Virus genome (UHGV): UHGV-0232575
Origin: a virus
Reading direction: 5' to 3' (one strand)
Length of the DNA stretch: 40,876 bases
In this document: in pieces, positions 23,561 to 31,397 of the stretch
How the letters are laid out: every line of letters starts with the position of its first letter
Numbering within the stretch: position 1 is the stretch's first letter
Translations under genes and position numbers: made by a program
The notes under the pieces: model-generated
The model's database searches: none
What the model was told of the DNA's origin: nothing
Seen by the model: only the letters and a program-made list of their open reading frames with translations

Positions 23561-23569
23561 ATTATAGCA
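23561..23569 (-). promoter_or_regulatory. Extended -10 promoter TGCTATAAT for the - strand operon start
   Basis: The - strand reads agtaTGCTATAATAtagaagtaaagtaaaaac. Confidence 0.5.
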
Positions 23570-23625
23570 TACTTATCTGTAGTTTAGGGAATAGATTAAT
23601 CATTAAGATGTATGAAATGTTCTTC

Positions 23626-23908
23626 ATGTGTTCTCTGTGTTCTCGGTGTGTTCTCTGTTTAAGTAACCAATTGATTCAATCGAGAACACCTATAAACGTT
23701 GATAAACCAAGATTCTTGGTTCATTTTATTATAAGTGTTCTCTGTGTTCTCTATATATTCTACTCTATCTAGAGATGAATACAGAAGGGAATGGTGTGTC
23801 TGGTAGGTGAGTAGTAAAACGACCCCCATACAGAGAACACTTTTGTTAAATCCCTTGTGGCTCTAAGGCTCAACCCTGTTCCTCATTGAAGAACAAACAG
23901 AGAACACT
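23626..23908. promoter_or_regulatory. Iteron/operator array: 8 copies of GTGTTCTCTGT-like motif (5 direct, 3 inverted) in the divergent control region
   Basis: Direct copies at 23628, 23637, 23648, 23735 and 23744. Inverted copies at 23681, 23830 and 23897. A palindrome CCAAGAtTCTTGG lies at 23708-23720. Confidence 0.6.
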
Positions 23909-23950
23909 TCAACTGGTTTCATTATTTTTAAATTACTTTAAACAAAAGTG

Positions 23951-23980
23951 TTGACAAATTAACCAACATGGTTTACTATA
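23951..23980 (+). promoter_or_regulatory. Early promoter TTGACA-18-TACTAT with an operator palindrome TGGTTTAC...GTAAACCA over the -10
   Basis: TTGACA at 23951-23956 and TACTAT at 23975-23980. The inverted repeat spans 23969-23994. Confidence 0.55.
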
Positions 23981-24013
23981 GTAAATGTAAACCACAACAA
24001 AGGAGGAAACAAA

Positions 24014-24238
24014 ATGAAATTAAGAGAAATGATTGACGTGATTAGCAATAGCCTAAAAATCACACTGGTTTTCCAAACTAAACAACCACTAAGTTTTGAA
24101 TATACCTCACGTGGACGATACATTGAGTATGTACCAGCGTACAAAACATTGGTCAAATATCTTGACAATGATGTTATAGGTATGTATATTATAAGTGACA
24201 AACATATCCAACTACTAATTAAGGAGAACCTAAAATGA
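24014..24238 (+). CDS. Hypothetical early protein
   Basis: 74 aa. RBS AAAGGAGGAAAC. Confidence 0.55.
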   Translation: MKLREMIDVISNSLKITLVFQTKQPLSFEYTSRGRYIEYVPAYKTLVKYLDNDVIGMYIISDKHIQLLIKENLK

Positions 24239-24642
24239 TAGACTACAAAGATTTAAAAATGAAATGCATAAGTAGCCACCCACAAGCACCATTTTTCACA
24301 GAAGGTAAAGAGTATGATATTCTAAAGAATGAAAGAGGTTTATATATTAAATGTGATGATGGTGATATATTAGAGTACGGAAAAACACCATTTGACTTAG
24401 CACAGAATCTAAATGAATATTGGTATGCAACATTTAAGCTGGTTAATACTGATGAACAAAGTAAGATTAGAAAAACATTTCAACGAACACTTACTCAATA
24501 TAATATTGATATTGGTCACTTGTCAGGACATTTGATAGGAAAGCCAAGTAATGTAATATCAGCACAAATTGCAATGCTAAAAGTAAAACGTGAAGCAATC
24601 CAAGAATTATATGATGAAGTGTTTAAAGGAGGTAATAAGTAA
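24235..24642 (+). CDS. Hypothetical early protein
   Basis: 135 aa. AAGGAG RBS. Start overlaps the upstream stop. Confidence 0.55.
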   Translation: MIDYKDLKMKCISSHPQAPFFTEGKEYDILKNERGLYIKCDDGDILEYGKTPFDLAQNLNEYWYATFKLVNTDEQSKIRKTFQRTLTQYNIDIGHLSGHLIGKPSNVISAQIAMLKVKREAIQELYDEVFKGGNK

Positions 24643-24651
24643 TGACAAACA

Positions 24652-24759
24652 AAGTATTACTAACACTTGATGAAAACAAAGACTTAACTATTAATATTAA
24701 AAAAGCAGATGAAGCAGAAGTGATTGAAACTATCAAAGAATTTGAATAAAATACTTGAC
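24652..24759 (+). CDS. Small hypothetical protein (35 aa)
   Basis: RBS GGAGGTAATAAGTA-ATG. Acidic peptide. Confidence 0.35.
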
Positions 24760-24764
24760 ACCTA

Positions 24765-24793
24765 CTATATATGATGGTATAGTAGGTGTATAA
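24765..24793 (+). promoter_or_regulatory. Early promoter TTGACA-17-TATAGT with an 11-bp inverted-repeat operator CACCTACTATA-N8-TATAGTAGGTG
   Basis: Perfect consensus spacing. The palindrome spans the -35 to -10 elements (24771-24803). Confidence 0.6.
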
Positions 24794-24815
24794 GATAACT
24801 AAGGAGGAAAACAAT

Positions 24816-24893
24816 ATGGCACTGTTTGGTTTAGTATTTGTAACAATTGGAATCTGGGGTACTTATAACATTATCAAGTATATTGAGGACTAG
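24816..24893 (+). CDS. Tiny hydrophobic peptide (25 aa)
   Basis: RBS TAAGGAGGAAAAC. Sequence MALFGLVFVTIGIWGTYNIIKYIED. Confidence 0.3.
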   Translation: MALFGLVFVTIGIWGTYNIIKYIED

Positions 24894-24904
24894 GAGGAAC
24901 AAGA

Positions 24905-25063
24905 ATGAAAGAATATGAAGTTTTATGGCGCACAAGATACGATACAGTTGTGGAGGTAAGACATGTAACTGCGAATAGTCATGCTAGTGCAGCTATGAAA
25001 ATTTTAGATGAATCAGGTTTTAGACCAGAACAAATTGAAATTATACGAGTGGAGGAAGAATAA
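24905..25063 (+). CDS. Small hypothetical protein (52 aa)
   Basis: RBS GGAGGAACAAGA-ATG. Stop overlaps the next start (TAATG). Confidence 0.4.
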   Translation: MKEYEVLWRTRYDTVVEVRHVTANSHASAAMKILDESGFRPEQIEIIRVEEE

Positions 25064-25284
25064 TGACAGTAAAAACAAACTATAATATTTGCTTAACAAA
25101 TAATGAGTATTTCAACTTATACACAGAAGAGCCAATTCTTGTAATGTATGAACGAGCGGTTGAAAATGATGAAAAACTACTGAAATTAGAAAAACCAGAA
25201 ACACTTTATATTGATGGTGAAAAGCTATATACATTTATCACCATTCCAGTTGATTCAATCGTATATGTATTGGAGGACGCATAG
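25063..25284 (+). CDS. Hypothetical early protein
   Basis: 73 aa. RBS GGAGGAAGAATA-ATG. Confidence 0.5.
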   Translation: MTVKTNYNICLTNNEYFNLYTEEPILVMYERAVENDEKLLKLEKPETLYIDGEKLYTFITIPVDSIVYVLEDA

Positions 25285-25502
25285 TGAGTGATTCAGTAAA
25301 GGTTATTGGCTCAATATGGGCTTCAACAGATGGATTAAATATTTATAGAATTGACCAGATAGACACACGTGGATACTTTATCACATTATTAGACAATGAA
25401 ATACACATGGTTTCTAAAACATGGATACACAAGCAAGCCACCATGTGTGACACAAAAGCAACCAAAGCGCAGAAACAACAATTTGAGGAGGAAACAAAAT
25501 GA
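25284..25502 (+). CDS. Hypothetical early protein (GTG start)
   Basis: 72 aa. GGAGGA lies 6 nt upstream of the GTG. Confidence 0.45.
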   Translation: MSDSVKVIGSIWASTDGLNIYRIDQIDTRGYFITLLDNEIHMVSKTWIHKQATMCDTKATKAQKQQFEEETK

Positions 25503-25510
25503 CAGTAGAA

Positions 25511-25716
25511 TGAGTAATATTAGCGCAATTGAACAAGTGTTAGAAATGATTGAAGGATATGACGAAAACGCAGAACACAACCACGCTGGCATGAAATTTA
25601 TCCAAGGTGTAATTTTAGGACTTAGCATGGGTGATGTCATCACTATGGAACAATCAAGTGAATTACGTGAACGATTACATGATGTTTATAAATTTCATAA
25701 GGAGGCAGCAAAATGA
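25511..25716 (+). CDS. Hypothetical early protein
   Basis: 68 aa (MSNISAIEQVLEM...). Weak RBS. The longer ORF from 25396 overlaps the upstream gene. Confidence 0.4.
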
Positions 25717-25913
25717 GTAGAATGAGTAAATTAGAAGCATTAGGCTTAGCAGTGGCACTCGTTGTTTTATTAGGGTGTTTCATATTGTTAGGAATCGGAG
25801 TTGTGTACATGTTACTATCATTAAATACTATGGAATGGTTGATATTGGGTGTTGCGTTAGTATTAATAGTAACACTATGGATTGGTATATACCAATACGA
25901 CAAACATTTTTAA
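25713..25913 (+). CDS. Small membrane protein (two TM)
   Basis: 66 aa. RBS TAAGGAGG. Confidence 0.55.
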   Translation: MSRMSKLEALGLAVALVVLLGCFILLGIGVVYMLLSLNTMEWLILGVALVLIVTLWIGIYQYDKHF

Positions 25914-25934
25914 AATTAAATATGCTATGATAAG

Positions 25935-25972
25935 GGAGAAAGTTAAATAAAACAGTTGACTTTCTCTTTTTT
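25935..25972 (+). terminator. Rho-independent terminator whose 3' stem arm contains the -35 box of the next promoter
   Basis: GAGAAAGTtaaataaaacagttgACTTTCTC followed by TTTTTT. TTGACT at 25956-25961 lies inside the hairpin. Confidence 0.6.
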
Positions 25973-25984
25973 AGATGATATAGT
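25956..25984 (+). promoter_or_regulatory. Early promoter TTGACT-17-TATAGT
   Basis: Consensus spacing, upstream of the primase-helicase gene. Confidence 0.55.
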
Positions 25985-26013
25985 AATGTCATAAGATATT
26001 AGGAGGAATAATA

Positions 26014-27594
26014 ATGGTAAATGAATTACAAAAAGTTGAATATGACCAACCAGTTGAATTAAGGTTTATCAGCACGCTTGAAAAGACTTTAACACCAAGT
26101 AAGCAATATATCAAGGCATTATCAGAATATGAAAAGGACCACAAAGAGTGGGAAGTTGACTTTAAAAATGGTGATGCGGCTAAGAATGCAGAGCCACAAC
26201 GACCAGAACCAACCTATGATGGATTAAACGCAGAAGCCTTGGCAGTTCACATGGCTAAGGTATTACCAGTGCATGCAAGTTCCACAATTGGTTTACCAGT
26301 GGTTTATAATCATGACACAAAAATCTATGAGGTGTCAGAAGATAACCTAGAAGCTCGTTTATGGCAAAAGCTTTACAATGAGTTTATGATGGTATACACA
26401 CCACATTATGCAGAAAATGCAAAGGTGGCTAACCAATTTAGAAATGCAGTCCAAAGAATGGCAAAAAATGCGCTTGCTTCTGGTGCTAACTTACCATTTA
26501 ATGACAAAATGGACCCAAACAAAATAGCCTTTAAAAATGGCACATATCGCTTTAAAGAGGACACATTAAAACCAACTGTAAAAGAGGACTACCAAACAAC
26601 AAGAATTGAATATGATTATATTGAGAACCCTAAGCACAATATCGTTGCTGAATGGATTGAATATATTTTAGAAGAAGATGCAAAAACACTATTTCAATTG
26701 ATTGGACGTATTTTCTACCGCAACCAAGACCCACAAGCAATGGTATTCGCAACTGGTGAAGGTAGTAACGGTAAATCACACGTTATGGCATTTATTGAGG
26801 AACTAGTAGGAAAATCAAATACAAGTCATGCAACACTAGCTAGCTTGTCAGGTAATAATGACAAATTCGCAAGCTCTCAATTATTTGGTAAAATGGTGAA
26901 TATTGAAACAGATATGCCAGCACAGCATATTAAACAAACAGGTACACTGAAAACATTATCAGGTAATGACGTAATGAGTGCAGAGTACAAAGGTATTAAC
27001 AAGTTCACATTTACGAACTACGCACTAATGATTTTCACAACTAATAACATGCCTACATTTAGTGATACTTCACATGGTTTCTTGCGCCGTATTATCACAT
27101 TACCATTTAACAAGACTATGGGTAGAGATAACCCAACAGATTCAATGTGGCTGGAACGTTCAAAGAATTTCACATATGAAGAAAAGTCAGAGTTTATCAG
27201 CTACTGTCTGCAACAATATAGAAATGTATTATTTGGACTAAATGGAGAAACCAAAGGACACTTCTGGACCAGTGATAATGCAAATAAATTGCGTGATGCC
27301 TTTATCCAAGGAAATGACACAATGGCAAACTTTATTGACATGAACGAAATTGAGTTCGTAGAAGATGAAAACTCATTTATCCCAACAAACGAATTATTAG
27401 AAGCATATAACGATATGTTAGTTAATGAAGGACTAATGACCGTTTCAGCTCGCAAGTTTGTGCCAGAACTACAACGTAAATCGCATAATATTGTATTAAA
27501 CAGAGTTAAAAAACGAGTTAACGGAAAACCACAGTATGTGCTAACCAATATCAAATGGGCTAACAACTTTACTGAAACAGATAATATTTTTTAA
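26014..27594 (+). CDS. DNA primase/helicase, phage/plasmid primase P4-D5 family (SF3 helicase)
   Basis: 526 aa. Walker A GEGSNGKS, a Walker B-like ETDMP, and D5_N-like upstream region. RBS AGGAGGAATAATA. Confidence 0.8.
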   Translation: MVNELQKVEYDQPVELRFISTLEKTLTPSKQYIKALSEYEKDHKEWEVDFKNGDAAKNAEPQRPEPTYDGLNAEALAVHMAKVLPVHASSTIGLPVVYNHDTKIYEVSEDNLEARLWQKLYNEFMMVYTPHYAENAKVANQFRNAVQRMAKNALASGANLPFNDKMDPNKIAFKNGTYRFKEDTLKPTVKEDYQTTRIEYDYIENPKHNIVAEWIEYILEEDAKTLFQLIGRIFYRNQDPQAMVFATGEGSNGKSHVMAFIEELVGKSNTSHATLASLSGNNDKFASSQLFGKMVNIETDMPAQHIKQTGTLKTLSGNDVMSAEYKGINKFTFTNYALMIFTTNNMPTFSDTSHGFLRRIITLPFNKTMGRDNPTDSMWLERSKNFTYEEKSEFISYCLQQYRNVLFGLNGETKGHFWTSDNANKLRDAFIQGNDTMANFIDMNEIEFVEDENSFIPTNELLEAYNDMLVNEGLMTVSARKFVPELQRKSHNIVLNRVKKRVNGKPQYVLTNIKWANNFTETDNIF

Positions 27595-27603
27595 AAATAA
27601 TTT

Positions 27604-27640
27604 AAAGAAAGTTGACTAAAACAGTTGACTTTCTTTTTTT
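27604..27640 (+). terminator. Rho-independent terminator with an embedded -35 box
   Basis: AAAGAAAGTtgactaaaacagttgACTTTCTTT followed by TTTTT. Confidence 0.65.
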
Positions 27641-27653
27641 CGCATGATATACT
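27625..27653 (+). promoter_or_regulatory. Early promoter TTGACT-17-TATACT; second copy of the conserved 40-bp promoter/leader module
   Basis: 27645-27684 is identical to 484-523. Confidence 0.6.
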
Positions 27654-27684
27654 TAGTTCATAAGTTAAGAGGAGGAATTAAACA

Positions 27685-27873
27685 ATGATAACTAAAGAAA
27701 ATTACGAAAACGCATTACAAAAATTAAACGAAAGATTTGACAAATTAAAAGCTGAAATGATTGAAGCATACGAGAAAGGAGATAACGAAAAAGGACATAG
27801 ATTAAACGACAGACTAGAAAGCATCTTAGATGTAATTCTACTAACTGAAACAGTATTAGAAAATTTAAAATAA
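27685..27873 (+). CDS. Hypothetical protein
   Basis: 62 aa, helical and charged. RBS AGAGGAGGAA. Confidence 0.5.
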   Translation: MITKENYENALQKLNERFDKLKAEMIEAYEKGDNEKGHRLNDRLESILDVILLTETVLENLK

Positions 27874-27884
27874 AAATCAGAAAA

Positions 27885-27905
27885 GGGGTTGACAAGCTCA
27901 ACCCC
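27885..27905 (+). terminator. Stem-loop (terminator-like, no T-run) embedding a -35 box
   Basis: GGGGTTGAcaagcTCAACCCC, with TTGACA at 27889-27894. Confidence 0.4.
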
Positions 27906-27917
27906 AACTGATATACT
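27889..27917 (+). promoter_or_regulatory. Early promoter TTGACA-17-TATACT; third copy of the conserved leader module
   Basis: 27909-27947 matches the other copies with one mismatch. Confidence 0.6.
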
Positions 27918-27947
27918 TAGTTCATAAGTTAAGAGGAGGAATTAAAT

Positions 27948-28217
27948 ATGTTCAACAAGTTAGGTATTACATTATTGGCAATTAGTGCAATTGGTGCTGG
28001 TATTATTATTGGATATGAAGCAGACAAAGCTAAAGAAAATACACAGTTAAAAGAGGAAGTAAAATTATACAAAGGCTTGAATGAACGGCAACAAGATATT
28101 ATTTTGAAGTATAAGCAAGTATCAGGAATTGAAGTATCAAGTATCACTCAATCATTAGATAATGAACAATTAATTAACGAATTAGAAAAACGAATTAACA
28201 AATTGGAGGATAAATAA
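27948..28217 (+). CDS. Membrane-anchored coiled-coil protein
   Basis: 89 aa with an N-terminal TM (ITLLAISAIGAGIIIGY) and a charged helical remainder. Confidence 0.5.
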   Translation: MFNKLGITLLAISAIGAGIIIGYEADKAKENTQLKEEVKLYKGLNERQQDIILKYKQVSGIEVSSITQSLDNEQLINELEKRINKLEDK

Positions 28218-28218
28218 A

Positions 28219-28380
28219 ATGAATGAAAATATGGAAGTTTTAACGGCAATTTTAGTGGCAAATTTAGTAGGTATTTTAACAATTGTATTCACAACGTCAA
28301 GTGACGCTGGTTTAGTATCTTGGTTAGTATCATTCGCATTAACATTCTTAGCAATTCAAACATTTAAGGAGGATAACTAA
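28219..28380 (+). CDS. Small two-TM membrane protein (53 aa)
   Basis: MNENMEVLTAILVANLVGILTIVF...; follows the upstream stop after one nucleotide. Confidence 0.4.
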   Translation: MNENMEVLTAILVANLVGILTIVFTTSSDAGLVSWLVSFALTFLAIQTFKEDN

Positions 28381-28381
28381 A

Positions 28382-28591
28382 ATGAATTTATTACAAGTAT
28401 ATGAAGTGGTTGACAGTCATTTTTTAGTAGTGAAAGAATCAAATGGTATGACTGCATTAGTAATTGACACAACAAGTGATAAGTCAGTAGCAGGATTATT
28501 TAATAAGTATAATGAGTTGACAAAGGTATTAAATATCAGTTACAATGAATCATGGGGCGGAATTGAATTAGTAATTGGAGAGGAAGAATAA
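28382..28591 (+). CDS. Hypothetical protein
   Basis: 69 aa. RBS TAAGGAGGATAAC. Confidence 0.5.
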   Translation: MNLLQVYEVVDSHFLVVKESNGMTALVIDTTSDKSVAGLFNKYNELTKVLNISYNESWGGIELVIGEEE

Positions 28592-28594
28592 AAA

Positions 28595-28831
28595 ATGAAA
28601 ACAGAACGCATACAAGCAATTGACACATTATTAACGGATATGGAAACCAAGTTAAATGAAAAAGGTGTTACAGATAAGGAGTTGGAAAAATACGCATTAT
28701 ATTCTACACTAGGATTATTAGGAATGATGGAGCAAAAAGGACATACAGTACCAGAAGCAATTGTAAAACTAACAGAGGTTGCACAAGGTATGTCTAAAAA
28801 AGGTGGTTCAAACTATGGGAAAGGAATCTAA
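28595..28831 (+). CDS. Hypothetical protein
   Basis: 78 aa. RBS GGAGAGGAAGAA. Confidence 0.5.
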   Translation: MKTERIQAIDTLLTDMETKLNEKGVTDKELEKYALYSTLGLLGMMEQKGHTVPEAIVKLTEVAQGMSKKGGSNYGKGI

Positions 28832-29174
28832 ATTTAGTAGAGAAGTAGTAGACTATTTGAAAGCTAAAGGTGCATTAGTAAATGTTAACACAGCAACCAT
28901 ATATGACCGTGTTGGTCGCTCTGATATTGAAGCGTGTTATGAAGGTCATTATATCGCGTTAGAACTCAAAACAGGTAATTATGCGCCAGACCCATTACAA
29001 ATAACGTATTTACAACAAGTACGTGACGCTGGTGGGTATGGTTTACTATTGAGAGACACGTTATATGATTTAATTGAATTATTAAACTATTTAGATAATT
29101 GGGATGAGGTAGATTATGTAGAACCAGAATTACCAGAAATTAACTACGAGGAATTGGAGGTTTATTATGACTGA
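28815..29174 (+). CDS. VRR-NUC domain nuclease (PD-(D/E)xK superfamily)
   Basis: GRSDIEACYEGHYIALELKTG...PLQ matches the VRR-NUC D...E.K pattern. The preferred start MGKESKF has an AAAGGTGG RBS. The ORF extends to 28779. Confidence 0.65.
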   Translation: MGKESKFSREVVDYLKAKGALVNVNTATIYDRVGRSDIEACYEGHYIALELKTGNYAPDPLQITYLQQVRDAGGYGLLLRDTLYDLIELLNYLDNWDEVDYVEPELPEINYEELEVYYD

Positions 29175-29664
29175 AGAATTTCGGAAAGATATTAAAGGTT
29201 ATGAAGGATTATATCAGGTAAGTAACTTAGGTAGAGTTAAAAGCTTAAAAAGAGGTTCAGAACGAATTTTGAAGCCAAGGGTAAAATCTAGCGGATATAT
29301 CGAAGTGATTTTATATAAAAATAGCAAACCTAAAAATATTAGAGTTAACAGACTAGTAGCCCAAACATTTATACCAAACCCAGAAGACAAACCACAAGTA
29401 AACCATATTGATGAAGACAAAACAAATAACATGGTTTCCAATCTAGAATGGGTGACAGCTAAAGAGAATATGAATCACGGAACACGTAACGAAAGAATTT
29501 CAAAGAAAATCAAAGTAATTGACATTGCAAATGGTGAATATAATTACTATTATTCAACACGTGAGTGTGGTAGAAAACTTGGACTTAATCCACCTAGTAT
29601 AACCAATTGTCTAAAAGGTAGACTAAGACAAACAGGAGGTTATATGTTTGAATACGCAAACTAA
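29167..29664 (+). CDS. HNH homing endonuclease (NUMOD4-HNH_3)
   Basis: YEGLYQVSNLGRVKS; VNHIDEDKTNNMVSNLEW; C-terminal GGYMFEYAN. Confidence 0.85.
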   Translation: MTEEFRKDIKGYEGLYQVSNLGRVKSLKRGSERILKPRVKSSGYIEVILYKNSKPKNIRVNRLVAQTFIPNPEDKPQVNHIDEDKTNNMVSNLEWVTAKENMNHGTRNERISKKIKVIDIANGEYNYYYSTRECGRKLGLNPPSITNCLKGRLRQTGGYMFEYAN

Positions 29665-30952
29665 AATAGGAAAAATTGAACTATTACCAACACAAATTGA
29701 AGGTATTGAAAAATGGAATACACACCCTTACGATTTATCAGATGCTGGAACAGGTAAGACATTCACTGCATTAGGTGCCTACTTGCAATCAGGGTGTAGT
29801 AAGCTATTAGTTATCTGTTTAGCACCTAAAGTTGCAGACTTTTCAGAAGATGGTGCATTAATGGGTATTGATATTACACCATTGAATTTAGGAACAAAGA
29901 AAAATAAAGAGTTATTAGCTGAATCAAATAAAGTAGCAATCAGTTTTGAAAGTGTTTGGCGTATCACTGAATTATTGAAGTGGGTTGATGAAGATACTTT
30001 CATAATTGTGGATGAAGCACATAAAGTGGGGGTAACTAGTTCTAAGGTTACAAAGTTTGTAATGAAGTTGACAAAGAAAACTAAGTATGTTAGACTATTA
30101 ACAGCAACACCTGTTAGTAATGGAAAGCTTGAAAACTACTATAGTCAATTATATATGCTTAATGTTTTTAGAAAACCTAAAAAAGAGTTTGAGCAACTAT
30201 TTGTAGTTAAACAAATGCGTCAGTTAGGTTCAATGCGCTTCATGCAAATTGTTGGTTATCAGAACGAGCATTTATTAAATGATATGATTAATAGTGTTGC
30301 GGTACGTTTCACACGTGATAAAGACTATTTCCCAGAAGATTATGTATTAAAGACTAAAAAGCCAGCAATGTACGCTAAATTGAAAAAGAACCGCATGTAC
30401 AAAGCTGATAATGGTGAAGTGATTGAATTAGATAATAGTAGTAAACTATTTAACGCAATGCGCTGTGTGTCACATGGTTTCTTATTAGGAATCAATAAAC
30501 AGGTAAGTAAAGAACCATTTGAACGACTGAACCAGATTCTTGAAACACACAATGACGAACGAATAGTTATCTTTTATAATTACAATGTAGAGCTTGAAAT
30601 GTTGAAACAAGTATTAGACAAGTTAAAACGTCCATATAGTCAATATAATGGCGCTAGCAAGGATTTAAAACATTTCAAAGACAAAGACAACGGTATTGTG
30701 TTAGCACACTACAAATCCGCTTCTACAGGTATTAATGACTTTGTTATTGCGAATGTGACAATTTACAATTCAATGCCTTTGGAATCAATCAACTATGAAC
30801 AATCAAAGGCACGCACAGATCGTTATGGTCAAACTAAGAAACCACTTTATTATCACATTGTACCTGAAACACCAACGGAGAAAAAGATTTTTGAAACAGT
30901 AACAAATGGTAAAGACTTTACTAATGAAATGATGGAGGATATATTAAAATGA
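29648..30952 (+). CDS. SF2 DNA helicase (SNF2/DEAD-DEAH box family)
   Basis: Walker A AGTGKTF, DEAH box IVDEAHKV and C-terminal helicase motifs. TTG start with GGAGGT 6 nt upstream. Confidence 0.75.
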   Translation: MNTQTKIGKIELLPTQIEGIEKWNTHPYDLSDAGTGKTFTALGAYLQSGCSKLLVICLAPKVADFSEDGALMGIDITPLNLGTKKNKELLAESNKVAISFESVWRITELLKWVDEDTFIIVDEAHKVGVTSSKVTKFVMKLTKKTKYVRLLTATPVSNGKLENYYSQLYMLNVFRKPKKEFEQLFVVKQMRQLGSMRFMQIVGYQNEHLLNDMINSVAVRFTRDKDYFPEDYVLKTKKPAMYAKLKKNRMYKADNGEVIELDNSSKLFNAMRCVSHGFLLGINKQVSKEPFERLNQILETHNDERIVIFYNYNVELEMLKQVLDKLKRPYSQYNGASKDLKHFKDKDNGIVLAHYKSASTGINDFVIANVTIYNSMPLESINYEQSKARTDRYGQTKKPLYYHIVPETPTEKKIFETVTNGKDFTNEMMEDILK

Positions 30953-31125
30953 ATGAATTAAAAGAAGTAACAGTGAACTTTATGGTTGGTAAAGATAATA
31001 GAAATATCTTATTTATCAATGTTAAACGTGTAAATATCACACAACGTTTTTTAGAACTTAGTTTTGGTGATTCAGAAACATTCACCTTAAAATTAGAAAA
31101 TTTAGTATTTTATTCAATTAAATAG
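30949..31125 (+). CDS. Small hypothetical protein (58 aa)
   Basis: ATGA overlap with the helicase stop. MNELKEVTVNF... Confidence 0.4.
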   Translation: MNELKEVTVNFMVGKDNRNILFINVKRVNITQRFLELSFGDSETFTLKLENLVFYSIK

Positions 31126-31154
31126 TTGACAACTACTATACTACATGGTATAGT
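31126..31154 (+). promoter_or_regulatory. Early promoter TTGACA-17-TATAGT with the palindromic operator CTACTATA-N8-TATAGTAG
   Basis: Paralogous to the promoter at 24765. The downstream leader ATAAGATAAgcGGAGGAAG is also conserved. Confidence 0.6.
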
Positions 31155-31187
31155 AGGTACATAAGATAAGCGGAGGAAGTTATAACA

Positions 31188-31385
31188 ATGTTTACAAGAG
31201 AAGATAAATTACAAGAATGGTACAAACACACATACGTAGACTATATTAAAAGCTGGTTCTGTTTATTATTAATAATGTTTCTAGGTGCTTGCTTTATTTT
31301 TAAATTCATAGATACCACAGATACATGGGGTGCAGAAGAGATTGACCACAATGGTCAAGTAGTAACTATCAGTAAAGACTTTTAA
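31188..31385 (+). CDS. Small membrane protein
   Basis: 65 aa with one TM (WFCLLLIMFLGACFIF). Confidence 0.5.
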   Translation: MFTREDKLQEWYKHTYVDYIKSWFCLLLIMFLGACFIFKFIDTTDTWGAEEIDHNGQVVTISKDF

Positions 31386-31397
31386 GGAGGAAACGAA

